Origin: Octopus vulgaris
Lineage: Eukaryota
Assembly: GCA_951406725.2 (NCBI GenBank)
Contig: OX597836.1
Location: 28,954,001-29,018,000, forward strand
Length of the DNA stretch: 64,000 nt
Direction of reading: 5' to 3'
The position numbers were made by a program, and so were the translations under genes. The notes below the pieces were generated by a model. It was not told the origin of the DNA, did no database searches, and saw nothing but the letters and a program-made list of their open reading frames with translations. Position 1 is the stretch's first letter; every line of letters begins with the position of its first letter. Below are positions 14,066 to 26,987 of the stretch, piece by piece.

Positions 14066-14700
14066 CAGTGTGTTTGGGATGAATTTGACATTTCACATAG
14101 AAGGAAAGACAATATCCCATCCAAAAATAAAAGTATTTTGAAAAATCAAAAAAATCTGAACAAGGTTATGGCTGGGAGATGACAGTTCACTCAGAGTGGC
14201 CACACCTTAGCTTCCGCCATGGTCTGGAACCATGCGCATGCATTTCTTACCGTGCCCCTGGGCATACCTTGGTCTTGACCACCAGATCTGCCTCAGTGTT
14301 GCAGGCAGAGCGGTTGGTATCTTTCTCGACTCTGCTCCCCACCCCACCCCCACACACGGAGTAATCCATGAGATTATAATCCAGGGAATTAGGAACCAGA
14401 AGTTGGTACTGGTGAAGTCATAGGAATCCTCCGACAACCACTTCTGACCCTTTCTGCAGGTATAAGGAGCCAAATCCTACTACCACACATATGGCCTTCC
14501 AGCAGCAACCCTCTCCAGCCTGGATATGACCACAGTCTCCTGCAGCTTCACATAGCCTTCTGAATTGAGCTTAAGGCCCTGTTCCATCAGTTGTTGGATG
14601 AATTCCGGTGTGCAAACACAGTCAGAACACCTGCTGCAACCTTTATTCTCTGGCCATAGCTTCATAGTCTCCATTGCAGCTGTCCATGTTCTCTCTATCC
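14066..14700 (-). mobile_element. Tc1/mariner-superfamily transposase remnant
   Basis: Homologous to 32373-33278; GLKLNSEGYVKLQETVVISRLERVAAGRPYVW followed by degenerate QDxAP and WxxNSxDxNLMDY motifs; left end ta|cagtgtg...gaatttgac. Confidence 0.75.
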
Positions 14701-16180
14701 CCTTCTGGAGTAGTCATGTATCTCCTTTACTGCAAGCAGTGCTAGACTAACCATTAAGCAGAGCATCAAAGGAAATGGGTAGGGCATTACAGAAATGGTA
14801 GATGGTTTACGGCACAAAAAAAATCACTTTAAACTTGCTAAAACAATATTCAGGATGCCTTTATCCCTACTAAGTATAGATGCAGATGTGTTACCTAAGA
14901 TTAATTTTGAGGTCCTGATCAAAGACTTTGCAATTCAAAAAAGTAGGAGGAAGCTTTTCAAATATAAATAAAGTGGAAGTATACAAAAATAAACATTATT
15001 TTCCATCTTACTGTTTTTTTTTTTTTTCATTTTCAAAAATAAAAATATATTTTATGGTTTGTTATTGTTTATATTTTGAATTACATAATTTTTTATGGGG
15101 ACACCAAAATCTTTTAAGAGCTTAGGGCCATGTTGGGGCTTAATCTGGCCCTGACTGCAAGACACTTGTTTCTGTCCTATCTGGCACAAAGCCACCTCCC
15201 TCAGTACTATTCCCCGCTCCAACACAGTCTTGTCTTGCAAATTATTTGATAACCTCACTGCTGCTGATGCCACATAAAAAGCACCCAGTACGCTCTGTAT
15301 AGTGTTTGACATTAGGAAGGGCATCCAGCCTCAGAAACCATGCCAAAGCCAACAGTACAGCTTGGTGCTGTCTTCTGACTCAACACCTCCTGTCAAATTA
15401 TCCAATTCATACCAGTATGGAAAACAGACCTTAAATTATGATCACACACACACACACACACATGCACACACATGCTATATATATATATATGTGTGTGTGT
15501 GTGTATTTATATATGTGTCTGTTTATATATGTATGTTTGTGTTTGTGTGTATATGCAAACAGTTGTGTGTGTGTGTGTGTGTATGTATGTATGGATATGT
15601 GTGTAATGTATGTGAGAAAGAAAGAGAAACTAGTCACTGCCAGTGCTTTGCCAATGGTCTGGGGTGGAGAACCCCTCACCCTCACCCCTTTCTCCCCACC
15701 GGAAGGCATTAGATTAGATGGTATCCTGTGGAGTTTTACATTTCTTTATTTCTGACCTTTTGCCTCCTCGCTTCTGCTACTGGATGAAATGGTACTCCCA
15801 GGGACATACCATTATTACCTCCTGTACCACCCTACACCCCCACACCACTTCTCAATCTCTTTTTGTCTCCTCCTCCTCCTCTCTCTTTCCTACTCCTACT
15901 ACTCTCTCCTTCCTCACCTACCTACAGACATAAGCATACACCAAATACTGGAAAACCATGACTTGGCCTTTTTGTGTTGGTGGTGGTGTTGCTGTTGTTT
16001 TTTTTCTTTTTAAATAGTGGCTGAGGGGAGAATCTTGTACTCTCTCTCCCTCTCTTTCTCTCTCTCTATATATAGATATAGACACTCAGACGTATGTATG
16101 TGTGTATATAGATAGATAGATAGATAGATAGATATAGACACACAGACATATGTATGTATGTATGTATCTATGTATGTATG

Positions 16181-16212
<32 letters not shown>

Positions 16213-16244
16213 TAGATAGATATAGACACACAGACGTATGTATG

Positions 16245-16285
<41 letters not shown>

Positions 16286-17019
16286 CCACTGTTTCTCCGC
16301 CTACAAACACATACACACATGAACAGAGCTTTCTGATTGTCTTGTCAATTATTACAAAGTACCAGAATAGTAACAAAAGTTCTGTTGTTAACTATCCACC
16401 CCACCCCCTGCTCAGCCACCACCACCACCCCATCAACTACCAAATTGGTCCACTTCCCCACTCCATCACCCACTGGCCGTGTTCTCCCTCCCTCACCCAC
16501 CCTTCCTACTCTTCATTCCTTCTACCTTCTCCTTTTGATCTGAATATGTATGTATGTATGTATATGCTTCACATACATGCATAGATTCATACATATACAT
16601 ACAAAGCATGCACAAACACAGATTTACACACATACACATGCACACACTATGTCCTGTTCATGTGGTCCATTGGACCTGCTAGAAATACCCAACAGTTCTC
16701 CCTCAAATCACATTACCAATTTGAAACAGAAGGTGCAAATTGATTGCTGCACGTCGTGGTTCACTGAAGATGAAATCCAAAAATTGTTGAGGCACATTAC
16801 GGTGGCTCAAACAAAAGACCCAATGCACTCTGTGCCAACATTGACATTGGAGCTCAATGCAGCCCTGCAGTTTTCTGATTCCATGTCAAAGTGTCCTACC
16901 CATGCCAGCATGGAAAGCAGATGTTCAATGAGGATTTGATGATGTTGCAAGGAAAGCTGAAATGAAAGAATGCTTTAAAACCCTTGAAAAAATAGAGGCA
17001 AATTGGTTGTTTACCTGGT

Positions 17020-17228
17020 GTGTGGAAGGTGGCTGATCACACCCTGTTTAAAAGGGTGGCTGACCTTGCTCTGTTTACAAGGGTGGATGGACACCTTGTT
17101 TGCAAGGGTGGACGGACACCTTGCTTTACAAGGAAGATGGACATCCTTTTTTACAAGGGTGGATGAATACCCTGCCAAGAAGGGTGGCTAGCCACACTCT
17201 GGCTACAAGGACTGATGGACACCCTGAT
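17020..17228. repeat. ~26-bp degenerate minisatellite (ttacaagggtggatggacaccttg-type), about 8 units
   Basis: Directly visible. Confidence 0.8.
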
Positions 17229-18734
17229 GCCAATGATATTATTCAAGAGCAAAGGCTGATACAACTTGGCACCAGTGGTGTTGCAACTCAATTCTGCAGC
17301 TGAGTGAACTGGAGGAATATGAAAATAAAGTGTCTTACTCAAGAGCACAATGCACAGCTCAGTCCAAGAATCGAACTCACTGCCTCATGATTGTGAGCCC
17401 GATGCTCTAACCACTGAGCCATGCACCTTCACTTTGTTACCAGATTTCTGTGGAAAAACACTATTTTCATTTCAATTTTTGTTTCAATTAATTGGTATGC
17501 ATGGGCGACTGCTGGTCTTCCATAAACAACCTTGCCCAGACTTGTGCCCCCACCCCTATTTTTGTGTATAAATAAATATTTTATATTTTACTAATTTATA
17601 TATACTATGAATCATTTGATACTTAATATAGTATTATGTAATTTGTATACAATATTATAATAATATTATCATAAATTCATAGCGTCCCCCAATTTACTAC
17701 CTTCCTCCCAACACCTTTTTCTTTACAGCTCCCTTAGGCACTAGCACCCACCTGAACTGTCTCAATGCCCACCTGGATGGGGGTGGTAAAACGCACTTTG
17801 AGAACCTATGATTAGACGTATTCATATATGAAACCTCATATCTTTCAGTGCTGGCTCTAATTTCTAAAGAAAATCCATGGAGATAACTTCAAAAAGTGAC
17901 TGAATTGCACTGCTAACACACATAGGACACAATATTAATTTTAAAAGCCTTTAATATATTAGGTAGTGTTCAGGGGTGTATTTTCCAGGTGTGCGGCGCA
18001 CACCCATTGAAAATGGCAAATTCATCTTAAATATAAACCTTTCTCATTAATTTAGTCCCGAATCTTAATGGAAAACTTTTGTTATACCCTTGCTTGAAAT
18101 TTGGTGTCAGTGGGTGTAGAAGCACACCAAATACAATCACCACCATATGCCACTGGTAGGATATTATGGTTGCAAAATGAAGTACAGTGTGTCCCTGCCA
18201 GCTGTTAATCAAATGCAGTATATAAACCCTCATTTTCTTCAGTAAATTTCGTAGCAATTTAACATAGAGGCCACTAATCCATGCAAATGTCTAGAAAAAC
18301 AGAAATGAAGAAAACATGTGGTTAATAAACCACTGCATAAAATTAGCTTCTTTTGTTGTTTTAATGTAATCTAATGTTTTGGAATGAGGTAGGGCTGCAA
18401 AACATAAGGTGAGATTATTTGTAATGCTCCATTCCATGAAAGAGGGCTCTGAGCCACTGCAGGTTGAGAACAACTTGCTAGAAATAACAACCAAATCTCC
18501 CTAAAATCACACTGTATCATTCTAAAAAAAAAAAATGGCTCATTGAACAATGTGATTCTGGGTTCCTTGCACATGTGAAAATGGGGAGGGATAGTCATGG
18601 TTAGAATGTCTTTGGGTTAGAATGTAGTTCTTATTTGGTGTACTGCTCATGTATCTGCAGTGGTGCAGCAGCTGTGCACACAAACATTTTAAATTGCAAC
18701 TGAAGGCAGGCCATGTGAATGGCATTGGCATTAT

Positions 18735-19035
18735 TACCACAACCATCACCACCACCACTGCCATTATCATCATCATCACTACAACCCCCACCATCATCAC
18801 CAACCTCACTACAGTCACCATTGCCATCGTCATCACCACCACCATCACCACCACCACCAACACCATTATCACCACCACCACCACCATTATCACCACCACC
18901 ACCATCACCACCACTACCACCATCATCACCATCACCATCATCATCATCACTACAACTACCATCACCACTGTCTCCCATCATCATCATCATCACCACTACT
19001 ACCAATATCAGCAGTCATCACCATCATCATCACCC
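18735..19035. repeat. (CAC/CAT)n trinucleotide low-complexity tract
   Basis: Directly visible; similar tracts at 4600-4860, 7100-7460, 29390-29660 and 29940-30160. Confidence 0.9.
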
Positions 19036-19577
19036 TGATCAAGGCACCAATTTGCTGCTGCTGCCACCTCTGTCATCACCACCAAACCACAAAACCCATG
19101 TACAAACATGCCTACCAGACAAAACAAAAACTATACCTCGTTTCGCCAAACCCCCCCCCCCACACACACACACACACCTCACAGCAGAGCTATACCTTTG
19201 AGGAGGTACCACGGTGGATGACAGTACCCCCACATCCCACCTATCCCCACTCCAGCATTGCTGTTAGTATTTCATGTAACTCTACACTGTTACGTAAACG
19301 TTTTCATCATTATTTTGCAGAAGGGGGAGGTGGGTAGATGGAGGGTGGGGAGGCAGGGTTCCTCAGGTAAGAAAATGCGCAGTAGAGGAGCGATGCAGGG
19401 GTAGGGATTGCAGAGGCATGGGTGTGTACTGAATCACCCACTTCACTCTTTAATGCTGTCTTCGTAAGATGGATATCGGGTGGAAGTTGAGGGGGGGGGG
19501 GCGTCCTCTTTAATTTTCTGCCGTTATTATCTGTGGGGATTTTTTGCTATCAACCACTCCTTGTCGGTTGTGTGTAC

Positions 19578-19617
<40 letters not shown>

Positions 19618-19619
<2 letters not shown>

Positions 19620-19815
19620 CCTCGTGTGTACTGTTGGCGATTTTTTTTTTTCCTCTGTCTTCCCTTCTCTGGATATTTCCTTCTCCTATGTTTCCGACGA
19701 AGAGCTCCGCTCGAAACGTTAAACCCTCCTTCTATCCTGAGCGTCCAATAATACTATATTTGTTCCATGTCCTCGCGTTGTTGTGTTTTTTTTTGTTGTT
19801 TTTTTTTGTTTGGAT

Positions 19816-19820
<5 letters not shown>
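19618..19820 (+). mobile_element. Short element between (TA)n tracts carrying a minimal hammerhead-ribozyme-like motif (Penelope-like LTR fragment)
   Basis: gttt-CCGACGA-a-gagc-tcc-gctc-GAAA-cgt-t-aaac at 19690-19724. Confidence 0.6.
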
Positions 19821-19868
<48 letters not shown>

Positions 19869-20165
19869 CACACACAGGTGTGTATGTGTATGTATATTGC
19901 ATATGTTTGTGTGTGTGTAGATATATGCATTTGTCTGTATGAGTGTTTATAGGCATGTACATACAGAATAACATCCGTACATTAAACACACACACACACA
20001 TGCATACACACACACACACATACACACACACAGAGTAACCTTCAGAAGCATACCCAAGCTTACGTACTCACATGCATGTATGCACACCCATACAGAAACA
20101 TAATTGCATTCTTAATAACAGACACACACACACTCTCTCTCCAATATATTACTGTGAGATTCCAT

Positions 20166-20210
<45 letters not shown>

Positions 20211-20348
20211 AGTTGTGGTATAAAGAATGTCTTAGTGTGAGTGTGTGTTTGCTAAAAAATACTACTCTGCTTTAGGTAGTGTTTGTGTATATGCATGTCA
20301 TTGACAGCATTATTATTTTCTAGTGTATATGCTTACATGTTTATGCAT

Positions 20349-20393
<45 letters not shown>

Positions 20394-21062
20394 TAGATAG
20401 ATAGATAGATATATGTGCATGTGTGTGTTATTGAAAGCACTACTCTCTTCCAGTGTGTGTTTGCGTTTGCATTGGCTGTGTCAGTATCTTCATTATGAAG
20501 GCAGGCATTTAACATATTTCCTTATGAATGTTTTCTGTTTCATTTGTAATAAACAATATTTCAAGGTTGTCCCCCCCCACCGGACCCCCACCCCGACACC
20601 AACCATCTCTCTCCTCCCCACGCACACACACATACCGCTGCTCCACATTATCAGTTCTTATAAACAACTGGGTTTTTTTTTCTTCTTTAAAGACTTTTCC
20701 CCTCCTCCTAGTCTTATCTTCTTGGGTGATGAAAACAATCTTGAAAATGGCAGTTGGCATTGCTCTCTGTTGCTGTTGTTTTATTTTTAGAAAAAAAAAG
20801 TAACAGGAGAACACTGTTTATGTGTCTTTCTCATTGTTTTTGTGGTCCTTTGGTATTAGGTATCTGTCTGTTTATCTAACCAGGATATGCTCTGAAACCA
20901 CAACAATGTCAGCTGTCTTAATTCATGACTTTCACTCCTGTGCATGTTATTTCGAGGGGTGGAACTGTTCAATTTCAGGTAATTTACACCTGCTTCTGCC
21001 CTACACATGTAGTCACCGGTCTTGTAGTCTGTCTTGTTCGTGACTGCAGTATTTATTTTTTC

Positions 21063-21637
21063 AGCTCTTTGGCCTTTAAACTGGTCACATCCGACCCAAA
21101 TAGTCTAATTGTTTTTATGTTCAAACTGGTCAGATCCAGCTTCTCACACCCATTCTACAATGTCATTCTAAAAATGTGGCTGTGTGCTAAGAAGTTTGCT
21201 TCCCAACCACATGGTTCTGAGTTCAGTCCCACTGCATGGCACCTTGGGTAAATGTCTTCTGCTATAGCCTTGTGCCGACCAAAGCCTTGTGAGTGGATTT
21301 GGTAGACGGAAACTGGAAGAAGTCTGTCGTATATATATGTGTGTGTGTGTTTGTCCCCCATCACTACTTGACAGCCGGTGTTGGTTTGTTTATATTCCCA
21401 TAAGTTAGTGGTTTGGCAAAAGAGACCAATAAAATTTTTTTTAAATTACTACTTAATTAAATTCATTTGGCTAAAATTCTTTAAGGTGGTGCCCCAGCAT
21501 GGTCGCAGTCTAATGACCAAAACAAGAAAAATACAAAAGATATCACTGTAATCTCTTAAGCTACAAGATAATACATGATTAATTCAAAACAATGTGAATG
21601 TATAAGCGTAGCATTTGACAGAGTAATAAAGGGCTAA
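21063..21637 (+). mobile_element. piggyBac-type MITE (family A) interrupted by a SINE family-1 copy (21176-21540)
   Basis: Flanks match 62889-63107 (tttatgttcaaactggtcagatccag...; atgattaattcaaaacaatgtgaat...catttgacagagtaat). Confidence 0.7.
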
Positions 21638-23239
21638 TCCCAGTTGAAGGGACTTGTTAATAAAACCCAGTCCTTCCATGACCATCTGTCATGTTGTATA
21701 TCAAAGAGATGATGTGAGAAGGAGCTACATTCTCCATTGTGTCCTTTTTTTTTTTTTCTTTTTCAAGATATTAAGGTGTGAATTGGGAGATTTCAACTGC
21801 TATTTCTAACAGGTCGTCCAGATGGATATAGATTCCTTTGTTGGTTTACCACTGCCATTATTACTATCATCATCATCATCATCATCGTCACCCTGACTCC
21901 TGTCAACACCACCACAATGACCACCATCATCATCAGCAGCAGCAGCACCCTGATTCCAGCTCCCTTCCTGCATATGTGGAGGCGCATGGCTTAGTGGTTA
22001 AGATGTTGGACTCGTGATCATAAGATTGTGGTTTCAATTTCTGGACCAAGCAATGTATTGTGTTCTTGAGCAAAATACTTCATTTCTCATTGCTCCAATC
22101 CACTCATCATCATCCATCCATTTTCCTTACTGGCATGGGTTGGACGGTTTGGCAGGAGCTGGTCAACCAGGGAGCTGTCCAGATCTCCAATTGTCTGTTG
22201 TGGCATGGTTTCTATGGCTGGGTTCCCTTCTTGAGTACAGCAAGTCACCACAAGTCCCAGCCCCTTGTTGTTTTCTCAGTGAGGCCCACCATCTGAAGAT
22301 CCTTTCTCACTACTTCGTTCCTCTCAGCTGGCAAAATATGGGTGATCCTGTGATGATGGACTAGCTTCCTAGCTACATGGCTTCGGGTTCAGTCCCACTG
22401 CGTGGCACTTTGGGCAGGTGTCTTCCACTATAGCCCCGAGTCAACCGAAGCTTTGTGATTGAATTCGGTAGGCGGAAGTTACTGCCGTGTGTGTATGTCT
22501 GCGTGTTGGTGCTCAGTGCCTCTCCGAAAGAGAGAGAGGGAAAAACCTGGGTACTGGCCCTATGAGTTTATACAATTCAGGAAGGATCTCTCTCTCTCTC
22601 TCTCTTCTTGCATGGCCCTCAAATTCTGATGCTTTATCTCACCACTAACCACTGCAATCTCACCAATCAAGAGAGGTGGGGATCCATTGCTGTAAAAGTC
22701 ATGACTGCTACCCCATTTCCACCACTGACTAATTGATTAGAACACGACGACAACAACAAGAACAGCAGCGATGACAAGCATGAAAACAGATTCTAAATCT
22801 AGATTACAATTTCTAGATTACAAAATCTTGAGATACCGAGGACGTTAGTCACAAAAATGTACATGCCAGCTCAAACTTTATACACCCATAACAAATATGA
22901 TACTAGTAGCCAACACACACGTACACACCTGTCCCAAATAACAACCCAGTCACACTTAATGCACTTTATGGTCTCCTCACTAAATAATTTTCCCAATCAT
23001 ATTGTCTCCCACCATCCTAATTTCCCAATGTTACAATTCTGTGTTATTTCTAGTCTTACTAACCCCTTTCTTCTTCCTTTTTTTTGTGGAGGGGGTCCCT
23101 GCATGTACGCAGTGACATATCTTTAAACTGAAAGTCATCCACATCAATTTCACGCATCCAGGAGGACACTGACCTGCCTTCATTGACTACAAAAGATTCA
23201 ATATAAAGAAATTTGATATTGATAAATGAAATATATATA

Positions 23240-23414
23240 GGCGTAGGAGTGGCTGTGTGGTAAGCAGCTTGCTTACGAACCACATGGTTCTGGGTTCAGT
23301 CCTACTTCGTGGCACCTTGGGCAAGTGCCTTCTACTATAGCCTCAGGCTGACCAAAGTCTTGTGCTTGGAATTGATGAACAGAAACTGAAAGAAGCCCGT
23401 CATATATGTGTGTG

Positions 23415-23465
<51 letters not shown>

Positions 23466-23844
23466 CTGTGTTTGTCCCCACCACCACCACCAACGTCGCT
23501 TGACAACCGATGCTGGTGTATTTATGTCCTGTAACTTAGCGGTTTGACAAAAGAGACCAATAGAATAAGTACTAGGCTTACAAAGAATAAGTCCTGGGGT
23601 CGATTTGCTCGACTAAAGGCAGTGCTCTAGCATGGCCACAGTCAAATAACTGAAACACGTAAAAGAAGAAAAGAATATATGTTGCAGATGTGGCTGTGTG
23701 GTAAGAAGTTTGCTTCCCAGCCACATGGTTCCAGGTTCAGTCCCACTGCATGGCCCTTGGTCAAGTGCTTTCTACTTTAACCTCAGGCTAACCAAAGCCT
23801 TGGGAGCGGATTTTGTAGATAAAAACTGCAAGAAGCTCATCATA

Positions 23845-23878
<34 letters not shown>

Positions 23879-24030
23879 CATTTCATTGAGTATGTTTGTC
23901 CCCCACCATTGCTTGACAACCAGTGTTGATTTGTCTATGTCCCCATAACTTAGCAGTTCAACAAAATAGTCTGATAGACTAATCACTAGGGCTTAAAATG
24001 AAAGTATTGGGGTCAAGGTGGTGCCCCATC
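23240..24030 (+). mobile_element. Two tandem SINE family-1 copies (full-length 23240-23672; older copy 23685-24030)
   Basis: tRNA-like head, central (TA)/(TG) microsatellite, 3' ...ctgaaacacgtaaaaga. Confidence 0.85.
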
Positions 24031-24456
24031 TCCTTATCAATATTGTACTATATATACACACATACATACATGAGGGTTGCTGAAAAGTTCTTAGCTTTGG
24101 GTTAAAGAAAATACAGGAGGATCAGTTAATTATATTTTATTCAACGTATTCCACTCTCAGATTCACACACTTCTCAGATTCACAGTATTTCTAAGCCCTT
24201 GGAAATGTTGGAAAACTTCTTACCACACAGTCTTGCATATTTTTATTTTTCCCAATTTCTCTCATTTTTTATCATATTCAAAATATCAATGATAACACTT
24301 ATGTAAATATAGTTTAAACGAGTTTTGTAAGGTGCTGTGGTAATTTAAGAAAGTGATAATCAGATATCGGAAAAATCCAGTTATCAAGAAATCCTCCTCA
24401 GTGGTGCCATATGGGAGGGACTTTACTGTAGATAGGTTGGTAGACAGAAATAGAAG

Positions 24457-25084
24457 TTCTTTTGCTCTTGTTTCAGTCATTTGATTGCAACCATGCTGGA
24501 GCACCACCTTTAGTCGAACAAATTGACCCCAGGACTTATTCTTTGTAAGCCTAGTAAATAATCTGTTGGTCTCTTTTATCAAACCGCTAGGCTACGGGGA
24601 CATAAACACACCAACATCAATTGTCAAGCGATGGTGGGAGGACAGACACAGACACACAAATACATACATACAAATATATATATATTTAGGCGCAGTAGTG
24701 ACTGTGTGGTAAATAGCTTGCTTACGAACCACATGGTTCTGGGTTCAGCCCCACTGTGTGGTACCTTGGGCAAGTGTGTTCTACTATAGCTTCGGGCCAA
24801 CCAAAGCCTTGTGAATGGAATTGTTGAACAGAAACTGAAAGAAACCCGTCGTATACATATATATGTATGTATGTGTGTGTACATGTTTGTGTGTCTGTGT
24901 TTGTTCCCCCAACATCACTTGACAACTAATACTGGTGTGTTTACATCCCCGTAGCTTAGCAGTTCAGCGAAAGAAACCGATAGAATAAGTACTAGGCTTA
25001 AAAAGAATAAGTCCAGGAGTCGATTTGCTCAACCAAAGGCAGTGCTCCAGCATGGCTGCAGTCAAATGACTGAAACAATTAAAA

Positions 25085-25133
<49 letters not shown>

Positions 25134-25295
25134 ACAGGCTTCTTTTAGTTTCCATCTACCAAATCCACTCACAAGGCTTTGGTTGGCCCAAGGCTATAGT
25201 AGAAGACACTTGCCCAAGGTGCTATGTAGTGGGACTGAACCCAGAACCATGTGGTCTGGAAGCAAGCTTCTTACCACGCAGCCACTCCTGCACCT
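24457..25295. mobile_element. Plus-strand SINE family 1 (24689-25085) inserted in the central microsatellite of a minus-strand copy
   Basis: Minus-strand 3' half 24457-24680 and minus-strand 5' half 25135-25295 flank a complete plus-strand copy. Confidence 0.85.
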
Positions 25296-25933
25296 ATCTA
25301 CATATATAGATAGATTGAGAGACATACAGCTAAAGATGTATCGATCACTGTAGGCTTGATAGAACAAAGAGGGGAAATAAAACTCAGCACAAGAACATCA
25401 TCAAGTCTACAAACTCAAGGAGGTGGGGTGCTGTGTCCTCATGTTAGATGGGAGTTAAGGTACACGGGAATAGGTTGGGGCACAGAAAGTTCTTGTTATA
25501 GACACGAACTACACAATTACTCACATCATTTTGAAGGTGCGAGTGAGAATGAATTAGTAGTGTCTCCGGGGGTGGGGTGTAGACAGTCGTGATGCGGTGT
25601 CCACGTGGCACCTCAGGGAAGAGGGGTTGCAAGAATGTATGGAGGAAGAGTTAGGGGAAGTGGAGAAGAGGAAGGTAAGCAAAATATGTAAACCATAAAA
25701 TGTCAGGAGATTTGAGCGATCGATATACATGTCTCTTGACACCCCAGGCAGAAGATAAACTTTTCACTTCAAATTTCTATAAATTTTTACTGATATTTGA
25801 TAAGATAAAATTCATCGAAACGGATGATATTTTCTTCATATATAATTTTTAAAATCATTTTTATTAAATTCCCTCTTAAATTGAAATGTCTTACTTACTT
25901 CTGCGCTATTTCTACCTCCATCTTATATCTATC

Positions 25934-25964
<31 letters not shown>

Positions 25965-25980
25965 TTTTTTTTTTTTTTTT

Positions 25981-26262
25981 CGTGACCGACCAGACCATCA
26001 GATGTTGTTACACATCGCTGGTCACAATGTGTTTGCATTGTTTTAGCCTTCGAATGACGCCACCCCGCTGGCTAAGCGAGCAGGCCAACAGAAGAAAGAG
26101 TGGTGAAAGAGTACAGCAGGGATCACCACCACCTGCTGGAGCCTCATGGAGCTTTTTAGGTGTTTTCGCTCAATAAACACTCACAACGCCCGGTCTGGGA
26201 ATCGAAACCGCGATCCTGTGACCGCGAGTCCACTGCCCTAACCACTAGGCCATTGCGCCTCC
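25981..26262 (-). mobile_element. SINE family 3
   Basis: Matches 5848-6133; flanked by (TA)n. Confidence 0.85.
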
Positions 26263-26301
<39 letters not shown>

Positions 26302-26319
26302 TAGAGCGAGATCTATTTA

Positions 26320-26385
<66 letters not shown>

Positions 26386-26860
26386 ATTTTTTTTATCCTT
26401 TAATCAGTAGAGTTACTAAAGTGATCCAAGTGGCAAGAGCATCATACATGGCGCTTCACACACATATACATACATTATAGATAGATAAATAGATAGATAG
26501 ATTGATATTACTGTAGGCATGTTTGTGTTTGTGTGATATGAGATGGAATGAAATGAAAGCCTGTATTGTCTTCATTACTGCTAGGCAGTACATCCACACC
26601 TAAAAATAGCCCATTGTATCAATACCCTCTTGTGCTATATTTATGGCTATTTGGAAAGAGTAGGTAATCTGAAGTAGGGCTTGGAAATGCTGGGTACAGT
26701 GTCAGGTGGGTATGTTTAGATGGTGGGGTTGTTTAAGGTTATCTATATGTTTGTGCTTTTAAAAATATTAAGAAAATCTTTGTGTGTGTTCATGTGTAAA
26801 CTTTCAAACACACAAGAAAACATGGTTTCTGAAAATGTGCCTTTTTTTTTTTTTCTTCAG

Positions 26861-26987
26861 GAAAAGCAAAGCAAAAAGCTCTGATTTCTCCCTATTTGAT
26901 GATGATGACGATGATGATGACCCCATATCTGATGTATTCAATAAATCTACAAAGAAGCCATCAGTTCCAGAACCATCCATTGCCAAG
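26861..26987 (+). CDS. WASHC2: WASHC2 exon (first seen in window): KSKAKSSDFSLFDDDDDDDDPISDVFNKSTKKPSVPEPSIAK
   Basis: T-tract + CAG acceptor, AAG|GTAGG donor, LF-acidic motif; begins with the last base of a split codon, so upstream exons must exist. Confidence 0.88.

Noticed and set aside
18540-19201. Pro-rich, Thr-rich and Gly/Asp-rich ORFs resembling extensin or mucin
   Set aside because: Open on both strands in multiple frames over a (CAC/CAT)n tract; a simple-repeat artefact.
19322-19358. G-run cluster (possible G-quadruplex)
   Set aside because: G/C-run tracts are common in this low-complexity region; no evidence of function.
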